A stretch of 64,000 nt of DNA from Raillietiella orientalis. Taxonomy: Eukaryota. Shown one piece after another: positions 49,901 to 61,900 of the stretch. The first letter of the stretch is position 1. Each line of letters opens with the position of its first letter. The notes beneath the pieces are model-generated. The model was given only the letters and a program-made list of their open reading frames with translations. It searched no databases and was not told where the DNA came from. Location of the stretch: the NCBI GenBank assembly GCA_036172245.1, contig JAYWIR010000006.1, positions 620,001-684,000 on the forward strand, written 5' to 3'. Made by a program: the position numbers and the translations under genes.

Positions 49901-52900
49901 CTTTCTCCTCCTCTTTTATCCCTTCCTTATTCTCTTCCCTTCTCCTCCTCCTTCCTCAATCCTTCTTTTCCGCACTCTTGTTCGTCTTTTGAAACTCAGC
50001 ATCCTTCTTTCCTTTGTTTTCTTTCTTATTCTTTTTTTCCAGACAGACGCAGGCACCCAGCAGGAATTCTACGACGACAAAAGAACGAAGATTTCGGGGA
50101 AGCCGGTGAACCTCTTCCGGAGAGGCACTTCGGCGGGCCTGAACACGTCGTTCCGCCGGAGAAGTCTGAAGCTGCTGAAGAAGGCAGAGAAGAAGGACAG
50201 AAGAGGAAGCGAAACAGAAGGTGACTTTTCTCGTGAGCTCCCCGCCCCGCAACGAACCCATGAGTGTCCCGTTCCCCTGCGTCCCTGCTCTCCTGCTCGA
50301 TGAATTTCGGTTTTCTCTCCGGATGGGTTCCCCGTTCAGCCCTCCTCCCGACACCTGCTGAACTCTTCGTTCTGCGGGCCCCCTCTCTCCCCTTATCCGC
50401 TTTCCCCGTCGCGTTGCAGGAAGCTCGCCTTTCCTCCCTTTTCCATTCCCTGTTTCCCTCAGGCTTCCTGTTCTTCAAAAGGGGAGACTCCATCAAGTAC
50501 CAGAGGAAGATCTCTGCTATGAGCGACCGTAGCGAGCTTTCATCCCAGCTGCCAGAGCTGGAGCGCCAGGAGTCCACCATCATCCCCATAGACGAGGTGG
50601 CCAACGAACCCGAGGAGGATCCTGGCGAAGATCCCACATCCTCGTGCTTTCCTTGGATCAGGGTGAGGATTCAAGCTCTCCGGAGCGATTCCTGACGGTT
50701 CCTCCTTCCCCGACCCTCTTCCCACCCACCCACCTCCTCTGCTCCTTTCCTCCCCTAGACGGTGACCCGCATGATGAACTCCCTGGATCTGGCTTGCAAT
50801 CACCGCCACGCCTGCAAACCCCTGTGCTACAAGCGGCAAATGAGGTCGTGCGAGCGCCTGGTCACGGCGTGCCTGCAGGTGAGGAACCCTACCCTTTTCC
50901 CTCGCTCCCTTCTATCAAGGCTCCTCTCTCTTCCAGGTTTACGAGGAGGGTGAGGCCACAGAACTGACCTTTTATCCGGGTCACTTCTTCCTGGAGAAGG
51001 TGGCGGACAAGAAGAAACACCGCGACGGCCACGCCCCCATCTCTCCGGGGAAGAGCAGGGAAATGTACGTGCTCGTGAGGAATGGGAGATGAGAAGGGGG
51101 GGATGAAGGGATGGGATCACAACTCCTCTTCTGACTCTCCTTCACAGCTTCCGATCCCTGAACGCCTCCTCTCTTCTGAAGCCGACCGGCAAGCTGGCGG
51201 CGGAAACAGCTCAGGGGTCCAGCTCGGAGGCTCCGAGGGGCTCCATGGAGGACCCTCCATGCGGGAATGCTGCGCGGAAGACCCAGGAGAAGAGCAAGGA
51301 GGCCTCCAGGAGCAGGGCGCACGCAGCCCGCTACATCAAGAACAACGTGAGCGGGGAAGGAGGGATCGAGGACGGGTGAGCTCCCCGTGCCACCCCTGCA
51401 GGTGTTCGGAGGATTTCACAGCTATTTCTCGCTCATCTGCAAGGCCTTCGTCGTTGTCCCCGAGGACGAACTGCTGCACGCCGCCCACGCTTCCTGGGAG
51501 CTTCTCCTAGAACCAGACTTTCAGCTGGTCAGCAGTGCAGCCTCCGTCTTCATCCTGTCCGCCGTCCGCTCTCCCGATGCCGCCACGCACGTCCTCCTCG
51601 GAGGGCTGCTGCACACGGACCAGAACATACGCATACACTCGATGGAGAAGTCAGTTGGGAGGAGGAGGGGATGGAGGGTGGGGAACGTCCCTTCTTTTCC
51701 TTTCTCCTTCTCCTTCCTACAGGTTCCGCGTTCTCTGGAAGAACCGGCATCACGTGTGGTTGCGGATGGAGGAGACCGCCAACCTCATCTACAAGCCGCC
51801 CCCCCACGGGATCGAATTTACTCTGCCGTCCCCTAGGATATCCACGGAGTTTCCGACGGTCGTAGACTCGCCCTGGGTGCCAGAGATAAAGACCAAGGTT
51901 GAGGAAGTTACCCTGAGCCAGGAGCAGACGGTAGGAGTGCGCGGATAGCATCCCTCCCTTAACTTCCATCCGCGGATCCTTAGAGCGCTCTGGTGACCGC
52001 CACCAAGACAAGGAAGAAGCAGAAGGTGGAGATGGTCCAGATGGCCCTGCAGGAAGAGAAAGAAAAGGTCAGGAAGGAGAGGGAGAGGTTCCACCTGACG
52101 TCGGTGCCCATCGTCATGCAAGCGGCCTACCAGCCCAGCCTCTACCATGCCGCCACCGAAGACCGCGGTGAAGGTGAGAGACCCTTCTCTTCGTTCTCTC
52201 TGCGTCCGCCCTCTGGGGCTCTCCCATTTTCGACCAGGCCCTCGACCTCTCTCTCCCACCCTCTTTCCCGGATGGGAGGAAGTGAAGGGCACGCAGGGCT
52301 TCCGTCACACTCGGAACGCCACGCAGAAGCGTCTCTTCCGCGGGCCGCGTTCCCGCCTGCCGTACACGGGATCAGCAAAGAACCCCTGAAGGTAGAAGGT
52401 CCTCGGTCCAGGACATCCTTTTTTCCGTACTTCGGGGTCAAGGAACTGCGGGCAGGATCAAGAAGAGGAGCAAACAGGCGCTCCCCGGAAGAGTTGCCCT
52501 CCGCCATGGAGCGCTAGGGATCGCGCACATAAGGTCCCAGGGTTGACTGGAGAAGAATGCCCCTCCGAATAGCCTGGTACTCCTGCCTTTTTCCCGGCTT
52601 ACCGGGGGCAGATGTAGAGGGCTCAGCGGAAAGAGAAGAACATAAAGTACCAAACAGCCTCAGGCAAGCCGGAAAGAAGTCAACGGTCAGGTCCTGCCGT
52701 CCTTCCTTCGGAGAGCTTCCGGGAAAGAGTCCTGCTTTCCAGTAGCGGCAGAAGAAGAAGCGCGATAGCAGCGAGGGAAAAGGAGGAGAGCAAGACCCAC
52801 TGCTCTCTGGGCTCCAGGACTCGCGCGGTCTCACTCGGGAATAAAGTCCCCTCTACCGAACAGGATACGTCCTTCCGCGTCCAGACTGCCTCGCTGTCTT

Positions 52901-55900
52901 TCGTCTTTCGTCCCTTTTAGTCCCTTTCTGCCCTTTTGTGTCTTCGTCTGCTAGTTGACACATACCTAAAGGAGTCAAGGTTCCCTCAGGCAGAAAGGTC
53001 TTCAGCGTCCACTGCTGTGCGCGTGTTCCGAGAGACCGATTTGCGGAACAGCCATCGCCCCTGGACTGCAGGCCTTCCAGACGGAGAGCAAATTCTAGGC
53101 GTAGAGGGATTTTTTCCCACGGGGGTCGGTCTCCTTTGCGCACCTGACTTCTCAGGGGTTTCAATCTCCCAGATGTTTCCTCTTCGTGTTCGATTCTCCT
53201 TCTCCTTCCCCCCCCCCCCTTCACCCCTTCTCCAAAATATCCATCGGAAAATCACCTTCGAATCGGCTACGAAGTGACCAAGCAGAACGAGGCGAGGCAT
53301 CAATGATTTTTTCAAAAAAAGAAGAAAGGGAAGAGGGAAACGAGCCTTCAGAGGAGAAAAAATAACTCGGCCCTGACCGGGGTCGCAGTCTCGTCGGAGA
53401 AGTCGACGGCGACGACCGTTGTCCTCTTTGTCAAGGTCTCCCCGACCTCTGAATCCCCTGCGCACGAACAGAAGGACACGTGCCCATCGGGAACACACAA
53501 ACGCCCTCTTCGACTCGTTGGAAAGCGGAGGAAGGCGCGCGAACCGCAGCAGCGGAATCTTCCGCCAATTTTATCGTCCCTCCTCCCCTTCATCTCAGGC
53601 CGCAACTTCGGAAACCGGGGCTTGGGCGTTCTTACAGCTAAGATTCTTCTCCTGCAGAAGAGAAGTCCTGCAGCTGTCGCACCTCTCTTTTAGAAGAGGA
53701 AGAATCGGAAGCACGAAGCGTGTCCCACCGAATCGACGTCGCGCAGCCGCTGTTTCCATCCTGCCTCTGCTCGGCAGCCCTCCACATCATCAACATGTTG
53801 ACCGACACTGCCATCACCGCAGACGGCATAGCTGTCTACCAGGTTGCCCAGAAGGTGAGTCACCCAGCCGCCTCCGCAGTCGAAGGAGGCGATCGACGTG
53901 CGAACCGCAGGTCACCTGGAACTCGCTGGTGGAGGACAGCTCCCTCTTCCTGCGCTACTTCCTCGAAAGGCTGAGCCGCGAGAGCCAGGACCTGATGTTC
54001 CAGACGCTGCGCAAGTTGATCGGCTTCTTCCAAGTCCTGCCGTGCCAAGCGGCGTTCACCATCTTCAACTACATGATTGGGTACATCATGTTCAACGTCC
54101 GCAGCCCTCAGGAGAACTCGAACGAACTCATCGCCAGCGCCCTCAACCTGATGTCGATGGCAAGTCGGGCTTCAATGTGACACGTGTCGTGGCGAAGTGC
54201 TCGCCGCTCGATCCGCCGTCAAAGCATGCAGACTGCGAGCGTTCGGCCCGCCGACGTTGATGTGTCCCGCGGTCAAGCGAAAATCACGAGGTTCCTCGGG
54301 CAGTAACCACGATGACGAAAGCATGCAATAATAGAGGGGCGTAGAGTGCAATGGTGATATCGTGCTGCAGGCAGCGATAATAGCGGAAGCAACGGTGAGA
54401 TCCAATCTGACGAGTTCCGGTTGAGATGCAAAGTGTTTGAGTCTTCGATGGCATCCCATCAACAAATTCCACGTGTTGTCTCTCTCTCTCCCTCTCGTTC
54501 TCTCTCTCCTTCCCCTCCTCTTTGATGATCAAAAATTTTCATCACAGTCCGCGACGCAATTTCGGAAACCGAATGAATCGCCTCGCGGGAATGCCATTGC
54601 CTGAGCTCCATCACCATGAGGATCCTGCTGATTGGAAACTGCTCGCCGGTGACCGACCCGAACGAATATTTAAGACTTTTAAAAGTCTGTAGGTTAAGAT
54701 GTAAGAATAAAAACTGATCTGATTGCTCCGCCCGGAAGTGTAACCTGAAAACTCTTTTCAAATGCATCGCGAAAGGCTGAGCCAACGCCCTTTTTTCCGA
54801 TCGCTCTCGAAGATGGTCATGATTCGGATTAATTGGAGAGTTTAAGAACTAGGATATTACGGAAAACTGATCCACCATAAAAGACTTCTGGAATTTCCCT
54901 CTAGAATTCTCCAAAGCAAGGAAACAAACCAAATGAACGTGAAGGCTGCAAGGGGAAGATCAGAAAAGGCAAAAAGAAAAATGGTCAGTAGCTCCCGAAG
55001 AAAGTCGAGGCTCCGTGCCATGGAGGACGGTACGCAGGGAGATGGGTTCTTCAGAATGCAGTGACACTCAGCGGTACACCAGTAATTGCATCTTTAGCAA
55101 GATCGAACTCGGACGAAGACTTTAGATCTTTCATCTTGGAGCAGATATCTCTGGAGCATCAAAATCACTTGCAAAGTTTTTGCAAGAGCAAGTTCCGATT
55201 TGGCTCATGCAATGTCTTCAATGCCCCAAAAAGAGCCTGTCATCGGACAGCACCTTAAAGGTGAAGTCCCAATTCTTTTCAGAATCATTTCAAACAGTCA
55301 CCAGAGGCGACGAAAGAAAACGCAATGCTTAGAAACGAGGGTGCCGTACCAGTTCAGCGTATTGGCCAGCAGGTTGCCGGACGATCTCAAGCAGAGTGAA
55401 AAGGATCGATAAAGAAGAAGTGCAGCTGAATTCGGATTCCTGCCTGGAACATCCGGCTGGACGTTGGGAGGACGAATCATCTATGCGCAGCCGTTCGCTG
55501 AACCATCACGGGAAGAAGCATAGGTGTTGGTTTCTGTTGGCATGGGGATTTCGTGATGGGGACACAGGGCGAGTAGGGCGATAAGAGGATCACTGATGGT
55601 CAACGTCGATGGAACTCTCCGCCAACGAAAGCTTGGAAGCAGCAGGATTTTCATTCTTTCGGCATTTTCCTTTCGAACAGTCCTGAGCAGTTCCAGTGAG
55701 CCAGCTCGACGCATTCCGAATGTGCTGCCGAAAACTCGCATTCTGTGCTGTCCAGTTGTACAGTGGGGCCATGAAGGGATCGTTCTAATCCTCCCTGCCA
55801 CGCCCAGGACTGCATTCCAATAACAGTCTCGTTTCTCTAGCGAACAACGGCCACATTATCTGTTGATGTGAATTGTCGATAGGAGCGTGGCGCCCTTTTC

Positions 55901-58900
55901 CCATCGACGGCTCCCCCATCGGATCCGCAGTTTTGCAGCAAAAATTGTCCGTAGTTCAACCGAGAAGAGAATATGAGGAACTTGCGCCGCAGAACAAGCA
56001 CATTTTTGAGCTGGAGATTAAAAAAAAAATGTGGCAACCGATAGAACATCTTGCGTTACTCTTTTCGAAAATTGGAAGGTATGAGAAGAAGAAAGCTTCC
56101 GATCCAAGAGACTCTGTTTCAGTGAAAGCCCAGTCGGAAACATCAGATGCAAATTAGAAAATTACATGATCGAGTGGACCAAAACCCAGAAAAACTATTT
56201 ATCATGGAGAGCGCGCTTGGATTCGGCCTACGAAGGATGCGTGAAACGCATCACGTAGAAATCCAAAATCACTGCACTTTTGTTCCCTTCTATTTCACAA
56301 GGAACCGTACGATGAAGTGACGTCAGAAGAAGAAAAATATATACCGATAACATTCTGAATCTAATTTCTAACGTCGTAGATCCGAGTAAAACGGATGTTG
56401 GGCTCACATCGGCAAATTAGAACTGAATCGGCGGTCCAGCTCCCACTAACAAGTAGTGACCTCCACAATCAGCAGGGGAAGTGTTTGATGTGTTCAAGGA
56501 TCGGCAAAACGCCAGTGCAGCAGCAGCTTCCATTAACAAAACGAAGAATAATCAAAACTAGGAGAATTTACGAATCGTTGGCTCTGTAAGTTTCTCTGAT
56601 GGAGAACACCGAGTAAAACACAGTAGGTCCGGCATGGATAATAGGATACTATTTCTAAAAGACATAAGAGGTACCGTAGCGCTGTAACAGAACAATATTT
56701 TTCATGTCACCTTAAGGCAAAAATAAAAAATAAAAATGTGTAGCCACTAGTGGAGTTACAGTTAAGTTAAAAAAAAGGGGGGGGGGATGGGCTTTAGAGA
56801 TTTGTTGATGACAGTCAATCAGTTGAAAGAGCTCCCTCGTTCTCACTGTTGAAGAATGTATCTTCTTGCGCTGTTTTCGTTTATGAAAATTTGAACGGAA
56901 TGGAATTCATCCCGATTCAATCACGTCTTTATGTCCTTTCTTAAAACAGACGAACTGGCACTGAGCCACAAGACTGACATTTATCCACAGCACCGCACGG
57001 TGCTGATTCACCATGTTGCAAGAGGGCTGCAGCCATTTTTTTGTGGGTTTCCGCCGCATCATACAAATCCGCGTTACATTTCAAAAAAATGCCTTAAGAA
57101 CGCATGAAGAGTGTTTTGGATGCATCGGTTCTGCATCCGTCTCTTTCGAGAAAGAAATTTTCCGCACTGGAACCATTGGCCCATTCCGACTTGCGGCAGG
57201 TCTTCCGCCTTCGCTTCATTCAGCTGCCTGCTGCACGACGGATCACAGTTCTCTCGCCCAAGGCTTCTACTCTTCTTCGTGAGCCTCCAACGCGGCTAGA
57301 CACATGATTTTCGTAGTAGCCTATTCCTCTTGCACTTCTTCAAGATTTTAACAGCAAAAGAGGAAACTGATGATTCAGGAAGACTTTCCGAGATACGTGC
57401 TTGGGCCGGTCTCAAGCAAGTAGCTTTTTAAAAGCTTCTTTCCCACACTAGTGATTGCAGCACGAAATCATCTCCTGCGTAGCTTTCAGCGTATATCGCA
57501 ACTGCGCACGTCTGTCGACTTGTTCCTCTGCATTCGTATTGAAACGAACAGAGTTTGCAGTCGAAGATGCAACGCCGCTTCACCACAGTGTGACGGCTTT
57601 CGTCATCGGCTCGGCTACCAAGGAAGGTCCTCGGCGACTGTACTTGACAGATATCTTGCACGATTCCGGCGCTTTAACTCGATGTGGGGGTCTGGAAAAG
57701 GGGTCACTCGTGGGGATCGATTCTTACCCTCCCATCAAAATGGGCTTTCTTTGGTGCACTCTCGAATGCTGTTCCTCAAACAAACATGGTAACGAAGTGT
57801 GATCTGATTAGGTCGTTTCAAACATGCAAGGATTGTTTTTGAAAGATATGAAGCAGATCCTAAGGAAAGAACAATGTGATACACACATTCTTCTCACAGC
57901 GAATGTACCTATGGCCAAAAAGGTGGTTGTTCACGGACCGGAAGCTATGATGGAAGGCAGCATTCCTACCCAGTTCCCAGTGCAGGTTTCTAAATACGAT
58001 TTTGTACATTTCTTTTGCGATCTGAGGATCCAGTGCTGTCAGATGGGCTGACTGTTTTCTTCTTTCCGCAGGAAGACACACAGTTCCTTCAGATACTCCA
58101 GGAATCGTTGGATTACTTCAACATCCCTGCAGAAGACCATGCCAGTTTTTATCTGGCGGACATGAAAACAGGTTTGTCCTTTACGGGAACATCGGATGTT
58201 CGTGGCAAGCGTGACTGACCCACGCATCGATTGATCCGGGTTCTGAAACACTGTTCTCCAAAATTCGGCGAACTCTGCGCTCAGGAGTCATCATGATAGG
58301 AAGGTGGCTCCCCCGGCAATTCCAGTTCGTTAATTTGCGAGGCGGGAGACCTGCGGTCCCAGAGCTGAGCGATGTCCACACTGAGGTGTCCGGTAGTAAC
58401 GAACCGCGAAGTAAATTCCAGTCAAGTCCACAAATAATCTGCATGCCAGCTGGGAATCTCTGCAGCTCGCCTCGTAATTTCTTTCACTCGGTTGGCCGTG
58501 GGATGTCACATGTTTGCGTTACTTCTAAGCCAGCAGACTTCTAAGCTGCCAACATGGGTCTCATGTTGGATTTAGATAGGAAGAAGAAGAAAAAGAAAAA
58601 AAACAGGGGGGGAAGGGCATTTGATTTAGTTAGGGTTCGATGCACTGTGACGTCACTCTTTCTCTTAATGCTTCGCCCGACCAGATTCTTTGCATGATGC
58701 TTACAATTATCCTGAAGTTGATTGCCACAAAAAAACTGCTGCAGTTTTCCATTGACTTTTCCATCTCACGACTGCTTAAGGGCATTTTTCGAGGCTTGGT
58801 TATTATTGAACAAACTTTATTGTTTTGTTGTGTGCAATTACATAGCTTGTTTGCAAGGGACTCTGAACAGTCTTCCTCAGTTGCTTTCTTCCTTTGGTGT

Positions 58901-61900
58901 TGTCTTCTCTCTACCTTTACGGTGCTTCCTCCAATTGCTCGATTTCCTCCGGTGAGAGGCAATTGCCTGGATTTTCCAGTTGGTTATCGGTTTTCCTTTC
59001 GACGTGGGTTGCATGCATAGCCCCTGAGTACCGGATACACGTAGCCGCCATCCGGTGCCTCAGTTCCATCAGCTTCTTTGGTATTCCTAAATGCTGTAAT
59101 ACTTGCTCGTTACCAGGATCCCATGCTCCTAGAGAGCCGACGATGATCGCGTGTGCTTTACTTTGTTTTCCGCCACTTCCCAGCTGCATTGCTACATCCG
59201 TGTATTTTCCTCCCTTGTTCTTCCTGGTTGTGCTGAACGCCTCCTTTCCATTTTCATACAGGCAGCAGATCTCTAGCACAGATATCCGGTTTCCTTTGTG
59301 TAAAACCAGATCCGGTTTTAGGGTGGAAGTGGTTCCTGGCACTCTCCGGTTTCCAGAGACAACACTCCACTTTGCTTCATCCACTGCGGCCTTCCTCATT
59401 ATTTCTTGAGTCCCATCGTGGCGTGCCATACTCAGAAAAACGTGTGCTTCTTGCATCCATTTAACACGTGAGATAGCGTTTCATCCTCTGTTCCACGACG
59501 CCGATATATGCGTTCACCTGCTTATTTGGTTGGTCCAGCGTGGATTGGCAATAAGTTCAGCCTTGCCGCACGAATGAACCCGTAATCTTGGAATCTCAAG
59601 TGGATTCCGTTTGTATGGAAGAAGCTTGAAGCGTGATGCATGCCCACACACTTCGTGGCTTTCCCTTGACTCACGTGGTTTTGGATTAGGGATTGCCATG
59701 AGTGTTCCCTCTGCAATGCTCTTACGCCGGAAGTGAGCTTCCTTCTTGTACTGCTGGTAAAAATGACGCCGTCCACTGCTATACTGGGTTCTTCCTGTTG
59801 AAATTCCCAGCGGAGGTTTTCGCTCTTCTAGAGGCCTTCCTTCTTTTCCTCCAAAGGCTCTCTATGTCTTTTCCAGGCTGCATGACTCTCCTGTGTGAAA
59901 TACCCGTCAATTACTCCCCGAGATTTTCATCTGTCGGGGCTTCGAAGGCTCTTTTCTGGACCACGTTTTCCGGACCAACTCATTTCGAAATGCGCTGGCA
60001 GCTTTGAACGAGGCTGAGAACCCCAGCAGGACTCGCTCCTCGGACGGCAAACGCCAAAGTGTCTTTCTCAGCTTGACGTCCACTTGCGGTCGGCGCCGAA
60101 CCTCGGCAGCTCGGTCTGTTGGCGCAAGTGCGGGCCGCGAGAATCTGCAAGCTGCTGCGTGGAAAACTTCCTCCCGTGCCCGGACGGCTCGCAACGGGGA
60201 AGTTTTCTCCCGGACGCGTGCCCGGTGACCTTCCGACACAACCGACTGCGCCGTCGGTGCACGTCGGCTCTTTGATGAGCACGAAGTTGCACGACACTCA
60301 AGATGATGGAACACGTGCCCACGTGCCCTCTGGAGAAAAGTTCTGAGGCCGAACAGAACTGTCCTGCTGCCATCTGCCAGACTTCCGCGACACGGAGGTC
60401 ATGACAGAGAAATCGTGGGGATCCAGGCTGCGAGATGGTTTGGCGTGAAAACTCCGACCCCCTGTATCTGCTTTCGTTTGCTTGATTATCCATCCGGAGC
60501 CTCGTGTTTTGCATTGCCCATAGCACAATTGACGTACACGACACATCATAACGTGAGCGCAGTTTAACTGCCGAATCCGCGCCTTCCGAGCAAAACGTGC
60601 ATCATTTACGTAGCATTAATGCCATGCCTTTGAGCTGCAGGCTTTCATTCTCACTGAGCCATACAATTAATTCTCGGTGCTCCCATAAATATACGAGACA
60701 TGTGAAAGAACAGGTGGATCATCGGAATCCGGCATGAAAGCAAAACGGAAGTGATCACTGTGTAACGTACGATGTAGCCAAAGTGCACACAATCAATTCA
60801 ATGTACTGCACGCTGAATTAAAATATTCATGCGATGTCTCAGGTTTATACAATGACCGTAATTATATCTTCGAAATGAAAAGAAAAGAAAAAAAAGTCGA
60901 TGTGCTCTCATTTCATGGACCAACGCGTAGACTTTTACGCATTTGCATAAACCGAGAATTTCAGAGGCTTCTTACAATGTTGCACTTCCTACAGAGCGAA
61001 CCATTTAAAACAGGCTTGCCAGAAGCCCCGCAGCGGTTCTCTCCAAGTCGAATGTCCGGCCGCCGGACTTTCAGTCTCTTGCCCCTGCGTGGCATGATTG
61101 GCTACCATGCTGACCACACGCATGCTGACGTCAGCAGGCGGACCGAATTGAAGTCGCTCATCCTCCACCATTTGGGCTTGAAAGCAGTAAAAAAAAAAAA
61201 AAACTGATTCGATAGAAACCCATCAGCAAAAAGTGAAAACTAAACTAAAATTCTACGCTTCGAATCGCATGTTGAATAAATGAGATTTTATTCAGCAATA
61301 ATCAAATTAGCACATCTAAGATCATCTAAGATACTAATCACTCACATTTCTCTCTCCTCGTAGGATACCTGCACTGCAACGAATCCTTCGTGAGAGACTT
61401 TTATTATTTCAAGAGATCTCAGTACCCTCAACTTACGTTGGTCCGATTGGAGGAGGAAGCGGCCCTGAAAACACTGCAAGAAGAACTCATCCAGCTGAAA
61501 ATGTGCGAAATAGGCAAGGTCTCCATAACTCTGAACATCCTCCAGAGTGCAACGAATGTAATGATTTTGGAAGCTTCACGAGATGAAAACTAATTTCTCC
61601 CAAGATATCCCAAAGAGCTGTCTTCTTTCACGAGGAACTCATGCGGCTTCCTTCCTTTCCAAGGAAAGCCTTGGATACGGATCTCAATTACTTCACGTCT
61701 TCGCCAACCGGACTAGTAAGTTGACAGTCGACTGGTGGCGGTTGATCTTGTTCTTGGAGTGCCTTCACGGAGTCAACACCATGCACAAGTACATGTGGGT
61801 CAAGCTGACCAACCGCATCTTCGAAGTCAGCGCCGGAAATTTCTCTCATTCAAAAGACGTTCATCTCTTCCTGAACATCATCAAGAGCACGCTGGTGTTC

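Noticed and set aside
57428..57661. BED zinc-finger-like peptide CKLCSFQYECRGTS on the minus strand
   Set aside because: The His ligands are missing and there is no adjacent transposase evidence.
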